A stretch of 64,000 bases of DNA. Source: an uncultured delta proteobacterium (GTDB taxonomy: Bacteria; Desulfobacterota; Desulfomonilia; UBA1062). A program made the translations under genes and the position numbers. Below, in pieces: positions 42,305 to 57,539 of the stretch. The notes beneath the pieces were generated by a model. That model was not told where the DNA came from. It worked only from the letters and a program-made list of their open reading frames with translations, and did no database searches. The stretch spans positions 14,069 to 78,068 of the forward strand of contig CAWAUM010000009.1 in NCBI GenBank assembly GCA_963785235.1. The letters are read 5' to 3'. Each line of letters begins with the position of its first letter. The stretch's first letter is position 1.

Positions 42305-43561
42305 ATGATTCACTGGAACACATTTCTCATAAGCTTCCTGACGCTGTTCGCCATAAGCCTGGTGGTGCGGTTCGGCCTTAAGAGGCTCAACCGGAAGCAT
42401 CTCAGAGAATATGGCCATGTGGTGCCCAGGGTATTCAAAGACGAGATCGATCCGGCAACATTGACACGCATGCGCGACTACACCGTGGCCATGAGCAACC
42501 TCGGCTCCATGGAGATGCTTGTGGATGACCTTGCCGGCCTTGCGATAATCTTAAGCGGGTTTCTGCCTTATCTTGCAGGCACGCACCTTCTCTCGGGCCT
42601 TCATCCGGTGCCTGCAGGGATACTGTTCATGTTCGCCTGCTCGATTTTGCTTGGGGTCCTTAACATACCCTTTGATCTGTACAGCACCTTTGTAATCGAG
42701 CGCAAATTCGGGTTCAGCACCATCACGTTCAAACTCTGGCTCAAGGACCAGATGAAATCATTGCTGGTATCAGGCCTTCTCCTGGGTATCATCCTTGCCG
42801 TGTTCCTTGAGTTGCTCTACAAGCTTCCGGGCCTGTGGTGGCTGCCCGCGTGGGTGTGCTTCGTGTCCTTCCAGCTCCTTCTAACTTTGCTCTATCCGAA
42901 GGTGATCGCACCCATGTTCAACAAGTTCGAACCCATCGAAGATGAGGCCCTGAAAAAGGGCATAGACGAGCTCATGGAACAAGCAGGGTTCCACCTGAAA
43001 GGCCTGTTCAAGATGGATGCAAGTACACGCAGCAGGCATTCGAACGCCTATTTCACGGGCATCGGCAAGTTCAAGAGGATCGTGCTCTTCGATACCCTCA
43101 TCAACACCCACACCAAAGAGGAGATAACGGCCGTCCTGGCCCATGAGCTCGGCCACCTCAAAAAGGGCCACATAAAAAAACAACTCGGCGCATCGATCGT
43201 TATCTCGTTTGTCGTGCTCTTTGTGATTGCAAAGCTCCTTGCCTGGCAGGGCCTGTACCTAACCTTCGGGTTTCAAGAAATCATCCCCTATGCAGGCCTT
43301 TTCCTCTTAACCATTATTGGAAAGCCCGTCATGTTCTTCCTGAGCCCCATCGGTGCCCTGGTCTCCAGGCGCTATGAGCGGCAGGCGGATGCCTATGCAC
43401 GCACTCTGACCGGTTCAACTGTTCCCCTGGCACAGGCATTGAAACGTATTGCCAAAGATAACCTTGCAAATCTCCATCCTCACCCGCTCTATGCGTGGTT
43501 CTACTACTCCCACCCACCCCTTGCCCAGCGTATCGAGGCCCTGGAGCGCTTACAGGATTAA
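42305..43561 (+). CDS. M48 (Ste24-like) membrane zinc protease
   Basis: NAYFTG, HELGH, ERQAD, YSHPP. Confidence 0.93.
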   Translation: MIHWNTFLISFLTLFAISLVVRFGLKRLNRKHLREYGHVVPRVFKDEIDPATLTRMRDYTVAMSNLGSMEMLVDDLAGLAIILSGFLPYLAGTHLLSGLHPVPAGILFMFACSILLGVLNIPFDLYSTFVIERKFGFSTITFKLWLKDQMKSLLVSGLLLGIILAVFLELLYKLPGLWWLPAWVCFVSFQLLLTLLYPKVIAPMFNKFEPIEDEALKKGIDELMEQAGFHLKGLFKMDASTRSRHSNAYFTGIGKFKRIVLFDTLINTHTKEEITAVLAHELGHLKKGHIKKQLGASIVISFVVLFVIAKLLAWQGLYLTFGFQEIIPYAGLFLLTIIGKPVMFFLSPIGALVSRRYERQADAYARTLTGSTVPLAQALKRIAKDNLANLHPHPLYAWFYYSHPPLAQRIEALERLQD

Positions 43562-43798
43562 GCTGTGAAAATGAGATTCTCCCAAAAAGTTTGTTCAGGG
43601 CCGGGAAGAAAAAACATGGGTGAAAAAGGGAGAAGATCTGATTAACAGTTTTAATCTCAAAGATATGGAGTGTTTCATCCGTATTGACAAGTTTCGGTTA
43701 TTCGTGTCTACTTAGAGGAATGCGGAATTTAATACTCAGGAGATCGGTTCCTGGCACTTCAGGCCAATTTTGACCTGCTTGTTGAACAGAATCCATGA

Positions 43799-44834
<1,036 letters not shown>

Positions 44835-44867
44835 GGATAGAAAAATCTACATAAAGTAAACCATGCC

Positions 44868-44907
44868 ATCCGGGTGAGGGAAGCAATAATCCCTCATCCG
44901 GATTTTC
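44868..44907 (+). terminator. Probable intrinsic terminator of gap
   Basis: ATCCGGGTGAGGGA-loop-TCCCTCATCCGGAT followed by TTT. Confidence 0.55.
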
Positions 44908-44920
44908 ATTACATGCCCTG

Positions 44921-45042
44921 GAGCCAATTGCGAAAGCCCAAGATTGTCATACCTGCGAAAGCTTCGAATCCAGTCTTTTCAGAAACTTCTGGACCCCCGC
45001 TTTCGCGGGGGTGACACCTTTTTTTAGTTTTGCAATTGCCTC
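44921..45042. repeat. REP-like doublet inside an outer inverted repeat
   Basis: GTCATACCTGCGAAAGC..AATCCAG...CTGGACCCCCGCTTTCGCGGGGGTGAC flanked by GAGCCAATTGCGAAA / TTTTGCAATTGCCTC. Confidence 0.65.
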
Positions 45043-45067
45043 CCTGTCTTTAAAAACCCATTTTGTC

Positions 45068-45097
45068 TTGACTCGCATCCAAGGCATTCCCTATAGT
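45068..45097 (+). promoter_or_regulatory. Putative sigma70 promoter of carB
   Basis: TTGACT-N18-TATAGT, 35 bp before ATG. Confidence 0.5.
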
Positions 45098-45132
45098 TCC
45101 AGCGAATCTTTCAGGGGGGGGGTAATTGCTCA

Positions 45133-48333
<3,201 letters not shown>

Positions 48334-48346
48334 ACTGAATAAGGAC

Positions 48347-48485
48347 TTGTTTTTAAAATAGGTCCGTTCAAAACCTTAAAGATCGCAGCCTTTGTGGAAT
48401 GCTGATTGTAGCGGTCCTTCAAGGCTGCGATCTTTAAGGTTTTGAACGGATCAGGTTTTTACACTTTTTGAACGCGAAATCCGGG
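48347..48485 (+). repeat. Dispersed hairpin element, long flank truncated; loop B
   Basis: Perfect 30-bp divergent arms TCCGTTCAAAACCTTAAAGATCGCAGCCTT / AAGGCTGCGATCTTTAAGGTTTTGAACGGA (48363-48450). Confidence 0.92.
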
Positions 48486-48780
48486 GTACTATAAAAAGCA
48501 TTTGCACGTTGTTTTTTTAATTACCTGAGAGTATAAATGCCCTGTCTCCTGTGCAGAGTAACGGATTGACGGGGGCTAAGAGCTGAAAAAATCCGATGCA
48601 ATGTGCCTGCATAATTGAATGTTCTGATATAGGGCATGAGCATTTATAATTTTTTTGTATTATGCACAGGAGACCATCCTTTCATACCTCACCTCCTTTT
48701 TTAATAGTATTGAATCGAAAACAAATAGCACATACAATGGATGCATTGACCTTAAAAAGGGCATTGAAATGTCTTGGAAT

Positions 48781-50092
48781 ATGAGTCTTTTGAAAAACCT
48801 TGCATCATTGCGGCTTACTGTGGGGCTTCTGCTCTGGCTCGCCTTTCTGTGTATCCTCGGCACCATCATACCCCAGCAGCCCTTTCCCTCTGCAGCCGGT
48901 GTGCCCTTTGCCATGCATGTCATCAGCTTGTTGAGCCTGAGAGATGTATTCCATTCACTGTGGTTCCTCATCCCTGCGGCTGCGCTCTGTTTGAACGCAC
49001 TTGCCTGCATGTACCTGTGGAGGAAGGCCTTTTGGCGGGTCAACTTCCATGCCCAAGGCCCTACTGTACGAGGTAACCATTCCCGGTGAAGGCGCTCAGG
49101 ATCGGATCAGTGCGGATCTCACCAGCTTCATGAAAGGCACGCACAGGACTTGCCACAGCCAGGAGGGCCACACAGAGATTATCATGGGTGAAAAGGGGAT
49201 GCCCCGTAAGTTTGCGCCGTTTATGGTGCACGGCAGCATCCTTCTCATCCTGCTTGGCGCAGGCCTGGGGTTTCTTGGTTACAAGGGGAGCCTTGAAGTC
49301 CCTGTGGGCCAGGCTTCGGACACGGTCACGCTGAGTAACGGAACAATCATGCACCTGCCTTTTCAGGTCCGTTGTGATGACTTCAAGATGGAGCTCTACG
49401 ACAACGGCATGCCCAAGGAATACCGCTCAGAGATATCGTTCCTTCAAGGAGACAGGGTTGTTCGGCACGCATCCGTCCTGGTCAATCACCCGGTGAGCTT
49501 CAGCCGTGTCCTGTTCTCGCAGAGCGGATACAACGCCAGTCCGGTTGCTGCAATACAGGTGAGCACCCCTGCAGGCAATGACCAGATAGATGCAGCCGAG
49601 GGTTCGGTCATTGAGTTGCATGACACCGGGTACAAGGCCCATGTGGTTAAGGTTGTGGAGGACATCATGCATATGGGCCCCGGGGTCCAGCTCGTCATCG
49701 AGACACCCAAGGGCGAGCAGGAGGTATGGGTCTTCAAGCAGATGGAGAAGATCCTGGCCATGCATCCCGGGATCATTGAAAAGATGCCCCAGTTCAATCC
49801 ATCACTGGTTAAGCCTTATACCTTTTCCCTCAAGGACGTCACCCACAGCTATACGACGATACTCGGCATCAATTACGACCCGGGTATCATCTTTGTGGGG
49901 CTCGGGTCCGTGCTCTTCATGGCAGGCATCTGCATTGCCTTCATGGTTGTCCATGAGAGGGTCTGGATCTCCCTGGAAAAGCTGCCCCAGGGGCTGACAA
50001 TCAAGGTCGCACAGCGCAGCAATGGAAAACCGACTGCCGTCAGCCCGCGCTTTCTGGAACACCTCAACAGCCTTACCGGGGTGAAATCATGA
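48781..50092 (+). CDS. resB: Cytochrome c biogenesis protein ResB/CcsB (apparent indel near 49030)
   Basis: LASLRLTV..ILGTIIPQ, DVFHSLWF, VHGSI, VNHP, YDPG. Confidence 0.88.
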
Positions 50093-50889
50093 ACACCACG
50101 ATCTTTGCAGCTGTAACCTTTGTCTATCTCGCTTCATTCGTCATTTTCCTCATTGCAGAGGTTGCTCTCCGTGCAGCATGGGGCCGTGCAGGAAAGATTC
50201 TTGCCATGGCAGGATTTGTCTTCCACACCTGTGGGATTGCCATCAGGTGGGTCGAGTCTCACCAGGCAGGCATGGGCCATGCCCCGCTGTCCAACTTCTA
50301 CGAGTCCCTGGTCTTCTTCTCCTGGTCTGTCTGTCTGCTCTACCTCATCTATGCCTGGAAGGAGACAAAAGGCATCCTCGGAGTCTTCGTGATGCCTGCG
50401 GCATTCCTGCTCATGGCATATGCGTCCTTCTCCCCCACCGTAGATGCACGCATCCAGCCCTTGATCCCTGCTCTCAAGAGCAACTGGCTCATCATCCATG
50501 TGGTCACCTGTTTTTTAGGGTATGCGGCCTTTTTCATGGCCTCTTTGTTCGGGGTTATTTCTCTTGTGAAAAAGGGCTCGGAGCAAAGACAAGCCTCCCT
50601 GGCCGACATGCTCGAAAAGAGCCTCAGGACAGGGTTCATCCTGTTCACCTTCGGCATCGTCACCGGATCGGTATGGGCATATTTCGCCTGGGGGAGGTAC
50701 TGGGGCTGGGACCCCAAGGAGACCTGGGCACTCATCACCTGGCTCATCTATGCAGCCGCCATCCATGTGCGCGTCCGTGACGGATCTGTGAGCAGGCGTG
50801 TAGCCGTCATCACCATCATCGGGCTTGCGAGCGTCCTGTTCACCTACTTCGGGGTTAACTACCTGCCCGGGCTTCACAGTTATCAATAA
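50089..50889 (+). CDS. ccsA: Cytochrome c biogenesis protein CcsA/ResC
   Basis: PLSNFYES, LKSNWLIIHV, WGRYWGWDPKETW, GLHSY. Confidence 0.93.
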   Translation: MNTTIFAAVTFVYLASFVIFLIAEVALRAAWGRAGKILAMAGFVFHTCGIAIRWVESHQAGMGHAPLSNFYESLVFFSWSVCLLYLIYAWKETKGILGVFVMPAAFLLMAYASFSPTVDARIQPLIPALKSNWLIIHVVTCFLGYAAFFMASLFGVISLVKKGSEQRQASLADMLEKSLRTGFILFTFGIVTGSVWAYFAWGRYWGWDPKETWALITWLIYAAAIHVRVRDGSVSRRVAVITIIGLASVLFTYFGVNYLPGLHSYQ

Positions 50890-50904
50890 TATATCTGCGT
50901 GGGG

Positions 50905-51050
50905 GCCACGGAAGTGCTTCTTTAAATTAGGTCCGTTCAAAACATCAATCTTGCGGCCTTTGTGGAATGTCAATTTTATCGGTCCTTTAAGGCCGCAAGA
51001 TTGATGTTTTGAACGGAAAAGGTTTCTACGATTCATAAACACAAGATCTG
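50905..51050 (+). repeat. Dispersed hairpin element; loop B
   Basis: Perfect 29-bp arms TCCGTTCAAAACATCAATCTTGCGGCCTT / AAGGCCGCAAGATTGATGTTTTGAACGGA (50932-51017). Confidence 0.92.
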
Positions 51051-51174
51051 AAATTGAAGATCCAGCATGTAAACAGGCAGGAGTAATCACAGGCAGGACT
51101 AATCACTTGATTCTTTCGACGTAAGACAGTACATGGTACCTGAAATTATCCTCATGAGACAGGAGAATGACACT

Positions 51175-51748
51175 ATGGATATAGTGAGCCGTTTTTCAAA
51201 GATAACCCTCAAGGCCGCAGCGCTACTGGCAGTTTCCTTGATGATTTTTGCCGCCCCGTTAGTCAGCCAGGGCAGAGACAGCCAAGGAGATTGACCTGAG
51301 CGTGGATGTGTCCCTGGAGAGTTTTGCAAAAGAGGTCAAGGGCGCTAAGGAATTTCTCCAGGCATCCAAGGGGGTCCTCGTATTCCCCAGGGTTTACAAG
51401 GCAGGCTTCTGGTTGGGGGGCGAGTATGGCGAAGGTGCGCTCAGGATCGAGGGGAAGACCGCTGATTACTATAGCCTTGCTGCCGGCTCCTATGGATTCC
51501 AGTTCGGCGCCCAGGTCAAGACCGTGATCCTGGTGTTCCTCCAGAATGAAGCCCTGGAAAAGTTCCGCAAGGACGAGGGGTGGAAGGCCGGTGTTGACGG
51601 CTCCGTGGCGGTAGCGGATGAGGGTGTGGGCAAGTCCATTGACTCGGCAACCTTCAAGGAGCCTATCATCGCCTTTATCATAGACCAGAAGGGGCTGATG
51701 CTGAACCTTACCCTCGAAGGGGCGAAATTTACCAAGATCAAGAAATGA
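51175..51748 (+). CDS. Ysc84/SYLF lipid-binding domain protein (signal peptide in shifted frame)
   Basis: GVLVFP..KAGF..GGEYGEG, SYGFQFGAQ, KGLM..LEGAKF. Confidence 0.85.
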
Positions 51749-51824
51749 TGCACTACGTCTTTCATCCAGGCAAAAAATCAGCTCGTAATGCTGGTTTGCC
51801 TGAGGGAGACGGCCAGGGGATAGT

Positions 51825-53690
51825 GTGAAGGTCGCACTCATCCAGCTTGTGCTGCAATCCCATGACTATGTCTATTCCCTTGAGAACATGCCCCTGGCCG
51901 CAGGGTACCTGGCTTCTTATGCATCGGCTAGGAATGTACCTGCAGACATCATCATCTGCCCTGCCGACATTTCAAACCTTGGCGGGGATGCGGCAATCCT
52001 TGGCTGGGTCGAAGAGATCCGGCCCGATATGGTGGGGTTCAGCTGTTACCTGTGGAACGTCCAGCGCACACTGCACCTTTGCAGCAAGATCAGGCAAAGC
52101 CTTCAGGATTGTATCATCGTGCTGGGCGGGCCCGAGGTAACCCGGGATAATGATTTTCTCCTGAGTCACGAGGGCTTCCACTTCGGCGTGGTGGGAGAGG
52201 GCGAAGAGACCTTTGCAGATCTGCTCAATGCCGCAGCCCATGGCATGGAAGGTGTCCTCGATATCCCGGGTCTCATGGTGAGACAGGGTTCCAAGGCCGT
52301 GTTCACCAAACCGAGAAGCCTCATGACCAACCTGGACAGCGTGCCTTCCCCCTACCTGAGCGGTATGCTGACCCCGGGTCTGAACAGGGGCATGGTCATT
52401 GAGACCGTAAGGGGCTGTCCCATGCGGTGCGCCTACTGCTACTATCACAAGAGCTCCCCTGTGGTGCGTACATTCAGGGCAGGCCGGATAGGCGAAGAGC
52501 TCAGGTGGGCCACAGAGAAAGGCATCCAGGAGGCGACTGTCATTGATCCCTGTTTTGCAAGGAGGCCGGGCCTGGAGGTGCTCCTTGCAGAAATGGCAGT
52601 TTCCAGGGAAGAGAAGATGCGTTTCAGCTGTGAACTGATCGCCGAGGATATCACCCCTGTTCTTGTGGACGCCCTTGTTGCAGCAGGGCTTCACCACGTG
52701 GAGATAGGGCTCCAGAGCACCAATGAAAAGGCGCTGCGCAACATCAACAGGCCCTTTGAGCGGGAGGCCTTTATCCAGGGCGATAAGGCTGCTCCGTTCA
52801 GCAGGGGTAAGGGTTATGACGGATATCATGGTGGGTTTGCCGGGCGATACCTTGGACGATGTGAAGCGTTCCATGGATTTCGTGCTTGCGCACAACCTCT
52901 GCGATGACCTGAGCCTCTATCCCCTGAGCATCCTGCCCGGCACGAAGCTCAGGCAAAAGGCCCTGCAGTTCGGCATCGAGTATGAGCACGAGCCGCCTTA
53001 CCTTGTCACAAAGACGTTTGACATGGATCGTGATGACATCCGTGAGGCCTTCATCTATGCCGAAGATGCAACAGGGAGAGACCTGTTCCCTGTTGAGCTT
53101 CCGCGCCTGGGCGGCAGCAAAGGGGCACAAAACCGGGAAGATCGTCCATAGGATCATTATGGATGATAATGGCAAAAGCCTTGATGTTTCACCCGGCGAG
53201 ATAGGACAGGCCCTTTGCATCGAGGTGCCTGGCAATGCCCTCCTGAAAAGCCCGGATTCTCTCAGGACAAAGGTGCAGGCACTCCTTGAGGAGAACCCCT
53301 ATACGCTGGTGAGCTGGATCGTGCCTGAAGAGGCATTCAGTATGGATAAGACAACAGAATTCATAACCTCTGTGGGCATGGGCAAGGCACATCCCATAGA
53401 CAGTGAATACATGGCCACCTATACCCCCATGAGGTCATGCCAGCTCTTTCTCAAGGGCAGTGCAGGAAAGGGTGGATACATCTATACACAGATACCGCTT
53501 GTTCCGGACCCATCAAGACCCATCTGGGCTGCCCTGCCTGAAGATGCCGGGCCCGAAGAGGAGCAGGCGCCATAGCCGGCGTATGGAAGGGCTCCTGGGT
53601 TTCAAGCCCGATATCCGCTATCATGACCTGGAGGCTGAACGGCACGATGCCCTTGATGACCTGCTTACGGAAAGGAGCGTATCAATCTGA
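51825..53690 (+). CDS. B12-binding-domain radical SAM protein (several apparent indels)
   Basis: PLAAGYLAS, VGFSCYLWN, GGPE, GEGE, ETVRGCPMRCAYC, IGLQS, GLPGDT. Confidence 0.85.
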
Positions 53691-53735
53691 GGAAGGGATT
53701 GTTTTATCAGAAATTGCGACCGATGATTACCTTTC

Positions 53736-53955
53736 AGTCCGGATGTTGTATTTAAGATGCGTAAAAAACTGATCCGTTCAAAACATCAATCTTGCGGCCT
53801 TTGTGGAATGTTAATTTTATCGGTCCTTTTAGGCCGCAAGATTGATGTTTTGAACGGACCTGGTTTAAAAACAATACCGCGGTCACTATGAGTATGAGGC
53901 TTAAAGCCGCCAGAAGTGCATAGTATGTTCTTGGATTTAATTACATAATCCGGGT
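53736..53955 (-). repeat. Dispersed hairpin element, full copy; loop A
   Basis: Hairpin 53773-53858 with the short flank on the left. Confidence 0.92.
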
Positions 53956-55218
53956 TCAGTAATACTCAAGCAGCCCCGAACGAAGGGCCTCTGCCTGAAT
54001 GATCTTCTGCCATTTCTTAACATGTGATCCGGACAGGTCCAGTGCAAGGGCCTTTTTATAGAGTGCATCCATATCTTCAGCAGTGTGATCTTCGATGAAT
54101 GCATCCTTGAAGAGCTCGATCTCCTTGCCTGATAGCTCCAGATCCATAAAGGCCGTGGCGCGTTCCACAGCGATCTTCTTGCCGGATGCAAGCCTGATCT
54201 CTTTGAAAGGGTTGTGGTAGGTGATGCTTGGGAGCATTGTGGCAATGGCGTAAGACAGCTTCATTGTCTGTGCTATGCCCTCAGGTTTCCCATCCATACG
54301 GATTATGCGGATCATGCCTGCCCTTGTTATGTCCTCGAACGGTTTGGCCATGAGCGGTGCCCACCGTGCCCGTGAGGACCTGGTCTGGAACCGGTGGCGG
54401 TAGATGAGCGAGCAGTAGTTGACGCCCAGGTTTATGTCTTTGTCCACGGCATACCTCAGCAGCTTCAGTGCGGTAAGTTCGGATTCGAGGATGCCGATCT
54501 GGGGCCCGTGGAGAAAGGTGTAGCCGCGCCCGGCCAGTTGCTTCCAATTGTGTTTTGTGCAGCGGATCTGGTGGAGGTTCAGGAAGGATATCCCGTAATC
54601 GGCCATCTCCCAGATCTTTGCCTTCATGATCTCCATGTCTTCGGGTATGGCCGGTATCTCCACGGTGACGTTCTTTATGATGCGTGAGGCCATCTTTGCC
54701 TTGGACAGGTCGTATCCGGTGGCTGTAATGTTGAAGCGGATCTCATTCAGCCCGGCATCAGCGAGCATGCTGAGCTTTTCTTCCGTGGCAAGGGTGCCGT
54801 TGGTGTAGAGCCACAGGTAGATACCATCTCCGAGGCGTTTCTTGATATGTCTGACGAACGAGATGGTCTTGTCAAAGGTGAGCAGGGGCTCGCCGCCGCT
54901 GATACTCGCCCCGGTGAAGTTGAATTCTTCGAGGTAGTCTGCATAGTCTTCAGGCGATGAGAAGGTCAGCGTGCTTGTGCCCGGCTCGTCGGCAATGTCC
55001 TGCCTTGCAGGGCAGAAGAAGCACTTAGCGTTGCACAGGTTGTTGATGAAGAGGCACGACCATGACCCTTCACCGCAGAGACGGCAACCGGGTGAGAGTT
55101 TTTTATGAAAGGGCTTGGTGTTGTTGAATAGAAAAAGGCCTTTCTTTCTGATATCTTCCAGCAGGTTTTCTCTTATTGCTTCTATTTGTGCAGCCTCTTG
55201 TTCCTTGAGCCACTTCAT
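53956..55218 (-). CDS. Radical SAM protein, uncharacterised
   Basis: SPGCRLC, CNAKCFFC, SGGEPL, LYTNG, DAGLNEIRF. Confidence 0.88.
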   Translation of the reverse strand: MKWLKEQEAAQIEAIRENLLEDIRKKGLFLFNNTKPFHKKLSPGCRLCGEGSWSCLFINNLCNAKCFFCPARQDIADEPGTSTLTFSSPEDYADYLEEFNFTGASISGGEPLLTFDKTISFVRHIKKRLGDGIYLWLYTNGTLATEEKLSMLADAGLNEIRFNITATGYDLSKAKMASRIIKNVTVEIPAIPEDMEIMKAKIWEMADYGISFLNLHQIRCTKHNWKQLAGRGYTFLHGPQIGILESELTALKLLRYAVDKDINLGVNYCSLIYRHRFQTRSSRARWAPLMAKPFEDITRAGMIRIIRMDGKPEGIAQTMKLSYAIATMLPSITYHNPFKEIRLASGKKIAVERATAFMDLELSGKEIELFKDAFIEDHTAEDMDALYKKALALDLSGSHVKKWQKIIQAEALRSGLLEYY

Positions 55219-55401
55219 CGCAGCACATCAGAGCCGTACTCATCCAGATTGTTTTGGACAATGGCAGCATGATCAAGTTCGGGTATCAGCATGGGTATTT
55301 CCTGCAGTGTCTTCGTAACGCATCTCTAAGAGGACAGATGGGGCTATAGGTGAAATAACACACCAGGTCAACACGTGAGTTGGTTAAGCTATTTTCTGGG
55401 T

Positions 55402-55457
55402 AATTCAGATTGTGCGTTTAAGATAAGTAAAAAAACGGATCCGTTCAAAACTCCATC
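55402..55457 (-). repeat. Truncated copy of hairpin element (outer IR, short flank and start of arm)
   Basis: AATTCAGATTGTGCGTTTAAGATAAGTAAAAAAACGGATCCGTTCAAAAC. Confidence 0.75.
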
Positions 55458-55545
55458 ACTTGATAATAATCCTGGAACTGCCGAAAAACATCTGATAGAT
55501 CATGCCCAACAAAAGGGATGCACCATAAGGAGAGATATTTTCACC

Positions 55546-55887
55546 ATGCCCATAGTCCTCAAAACGACCCTGCTGCTTATCCTCTCAAACCTCTTCATGA
55601 CCTTTGCCTGGTACGGCCACCTCAGGAACCTGAATACGCGCCAGTGGTACATTGCCGCATTTGCAAGCTGGGGCATCGCCCTGTTCGAGTATATGCTGCA
55701 AGTGCCTGCAAACCGCATCGGGTTCCAGCAGCTCAATCTCCCCCAGCTCAAGATCCTTCAGGAGGTCATAACGCTGTCGGTCTTTGTGCCGTTTTCGATT
55801 TTTTACATGCAACAGCCTTTAAGGCTCAATTATCTCTGGGCAGGGATTTGTCTGATGGGTGCCGTGTACTTCATTTTTCGCACCTGA
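55546..55887 (+). CDS. DMT family small membrane protein (DUF486-like)
   Basis: SNLFMTFAWYGHL, SWGIALFEY..QVPANRIG, QLKILQEVITL. Confidence 0.9.
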   Translation: MPIVLKTTLLLILSNLFMTFAWYGHLRNLNTRQWYIAAFASWGIALFEYMLQVPANRIGFQQLNLPQLKILQEVITLSVFVPFSIFYMQQPLRLNYLWAGICLMGAVYFIFRT

Positions 55888-55917
55888 TAAGTCTCCCTTA
55901 GGATCTGCCAGGGATTC

Positions 55918-56139
55918 AAACCAGATTTTGTGTTTGATTGTATCCATAATTGATTCATAAATCTCTGGTGACCTTAAGCATAGCACGCATAGTGATCATG
56001 GAATTGTTTTTAAAATAGGTCCGTTCAAAACATCAATCTTGCGGCCTTTGTGAAATGTTAATTTTATCGGTCCTTTTAGGCCGCAAGATTGATGTTTTGA
56101 ACGGATCAGTTTTTTACTCATCTTGAACGCACAATCTGA
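55918..56139 (+). repeat. Dispersed hairpin element, full copy; loop B
   Basis: Hairpin 56020-56105 with the long flank on the left. Confidence 0.92.
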
Positions 56140-56198
56140 GATGAAAAAAATCAGGCCCGAAATCCTCGCAATCCGAACAGCTGTCAAAAGACCAAATT

Positions 56199-57539
56199 TT
56201 AAAGAGGGATGTCCTTGAGCAGTCTGTTAGCAGGCGAGCCTTCAACGGTCCGGCTGAATTCCTTAAGTATCCCTTGTAACCCTTCAGGTTCATCTTGTGG
56301 GGGCATGGTGATGCAGGCAACGCCGTATCCCTCCAGCGCCTCAATGACTGAAGTCACGGTAATGGTGCCCGGGTCCCTGGCAGGCATGTAGAGGGTTTTC
56401 TCATCGCCCGGCGAAGCCGCCTCAACGATGATACCGGTTTCGCACAGCTCATGAAGTATCTGTTTTGTGAGGACTACCGGCAGGCCAAGCTGATCGGATA
56501 TGTCGGAAGAGCCGGGCGCGGGTGATCCCGTTGCGAATCCTGCCACAACACGGTGCGCGACTGTAAGGCTGATGAGCTTCTTTTGAGAGGGATTTATCCT
56601 GTGCATGTCCAGCTCGATCCCGCATGCATGTGCATTTTGATATGCGTAAGAAAGCTCGGCCCCGAACAGCACGATGAACCAGCTGAGCTGAAGCCATACA
56701 AGGAATAGGGGCAGGGCGGCAAAACTGCCGTAAATGGCATTGTAATGGGCCACCCCGACCTGAAAGTAGATGTAGATCCTCTGCACCACGACAAAGATAA
56801 TCCCCGCCACCAGGCCGGCCGTAAGACATGAAGCAGTATTTACCTTGGTATTGGGTATGAAGGCATACATGAAGGCAAGGAGTATCCATGTGAGGCAGTA
56901 GGGGATCAGTTTTATCAGGGTTGTTATGAAGAAGGAGAAGATCCCCACCCCGAGGCTGCCGGTGATGGAGTTCATCTGTGCATTGACCATGACCGTAGAG
57001 CTGCCGGAGATGATGATGAGGATAGGTGCGACAAGCATGATTGCAAGGTAGTCGCTGACCTTCCGGCTGAACGACCTGTGCCTGGTCACACCCCAGATGC
57101 TGTTAAAGGAAAGCTCGATGTTTTCGAGCACCTTGATTACCGACCACAGGAGCACGATGATGCCGACTCCGGCAAGCAGACCGCCTTTTGTGCTGTCCAG
57201 GAGACGGCGGGAAAACTCAATGACATACACCACCACCTCCTGGTGATCGGCCATATCTTCCATGAGGCGCTGCTCCAGGAGTTTCTGAAAACCGAATCCC
57301 TTGGCAATGGCAAAGGCTACGGCAGCAATAGGGACGATGGACATGAGGGTGAAGAAGGTGAGAGCGGATGACCGCAAGGCGCAATTGTCAGCGTCATATT
57401 TTCTCAAGGTGATGGAAAGGATCCTGAAGGAGGCTATGAAAAACCTTTTTATCCTCGGTAAGTCCTTAAGGGAGATTTCCCATATGCCCTGCTTCAGGAA
57501 AAATCTGATGGCTTCAAGATTATCTACTTTGTCCTTCAT
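56199..57539 (-). CDS. YihY/BrkB family membrane protein with C-terminal wHTH-like domain
   Basis: SALTFFTLMSIVP, IELSFNSIW, YNAIYGSFAALP..GAE. Confidence 0.92.
   Translation of the reverse strand: MKDKVDNLEAIRFFLKQGIWEISLKDLPRIKRFFIASFRILSITLRKYDADNCALRSSALTFFTLMSIVPIAAVAFAIAKGFGFQKLLEQRLMEDMADHQEVVVYVIEFSRRLLDSTKGGLLAGVGIIVLLWSVIKVLENIELSFNSIWGVTRHRSFSRKVSDYLAIMLVAPILIIISGSSTVMVNAQMNSITGSLGVGIFSFFITTLIKLIPYCLTWILLAFMYAFIPNTKVNTASCLTAGLVAGIIFVVVQRIYIYFQVGVAHYNAIYGSFAALPLFLVWLQLSWFIVLFGAELSYAYQNAHACGIELDMHRINPSQKKLISLTVAHRVVAGFATGSPAPGSSDISDQLGLPVVLTKQILHELCETGIIVEAASPGDEKTLYMPARDPGTITVTSVIEALEGYGVACITMPPQDEPEGLQGILKEFSRTVEGSPANRLLKDIPL

Noticed and set aside
45114-45122. G9 tract before carB as a phase-variation site
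   Set aside because: It sits at the RBS position of a housekeeping gene, and homopolymer length is unreliable in this sequence.
48540-48620. Possible riboswitch upstream of resB
   Set aside because: Only a short CGGATT/AATCCG stem; no recognisable aptamer consensus.
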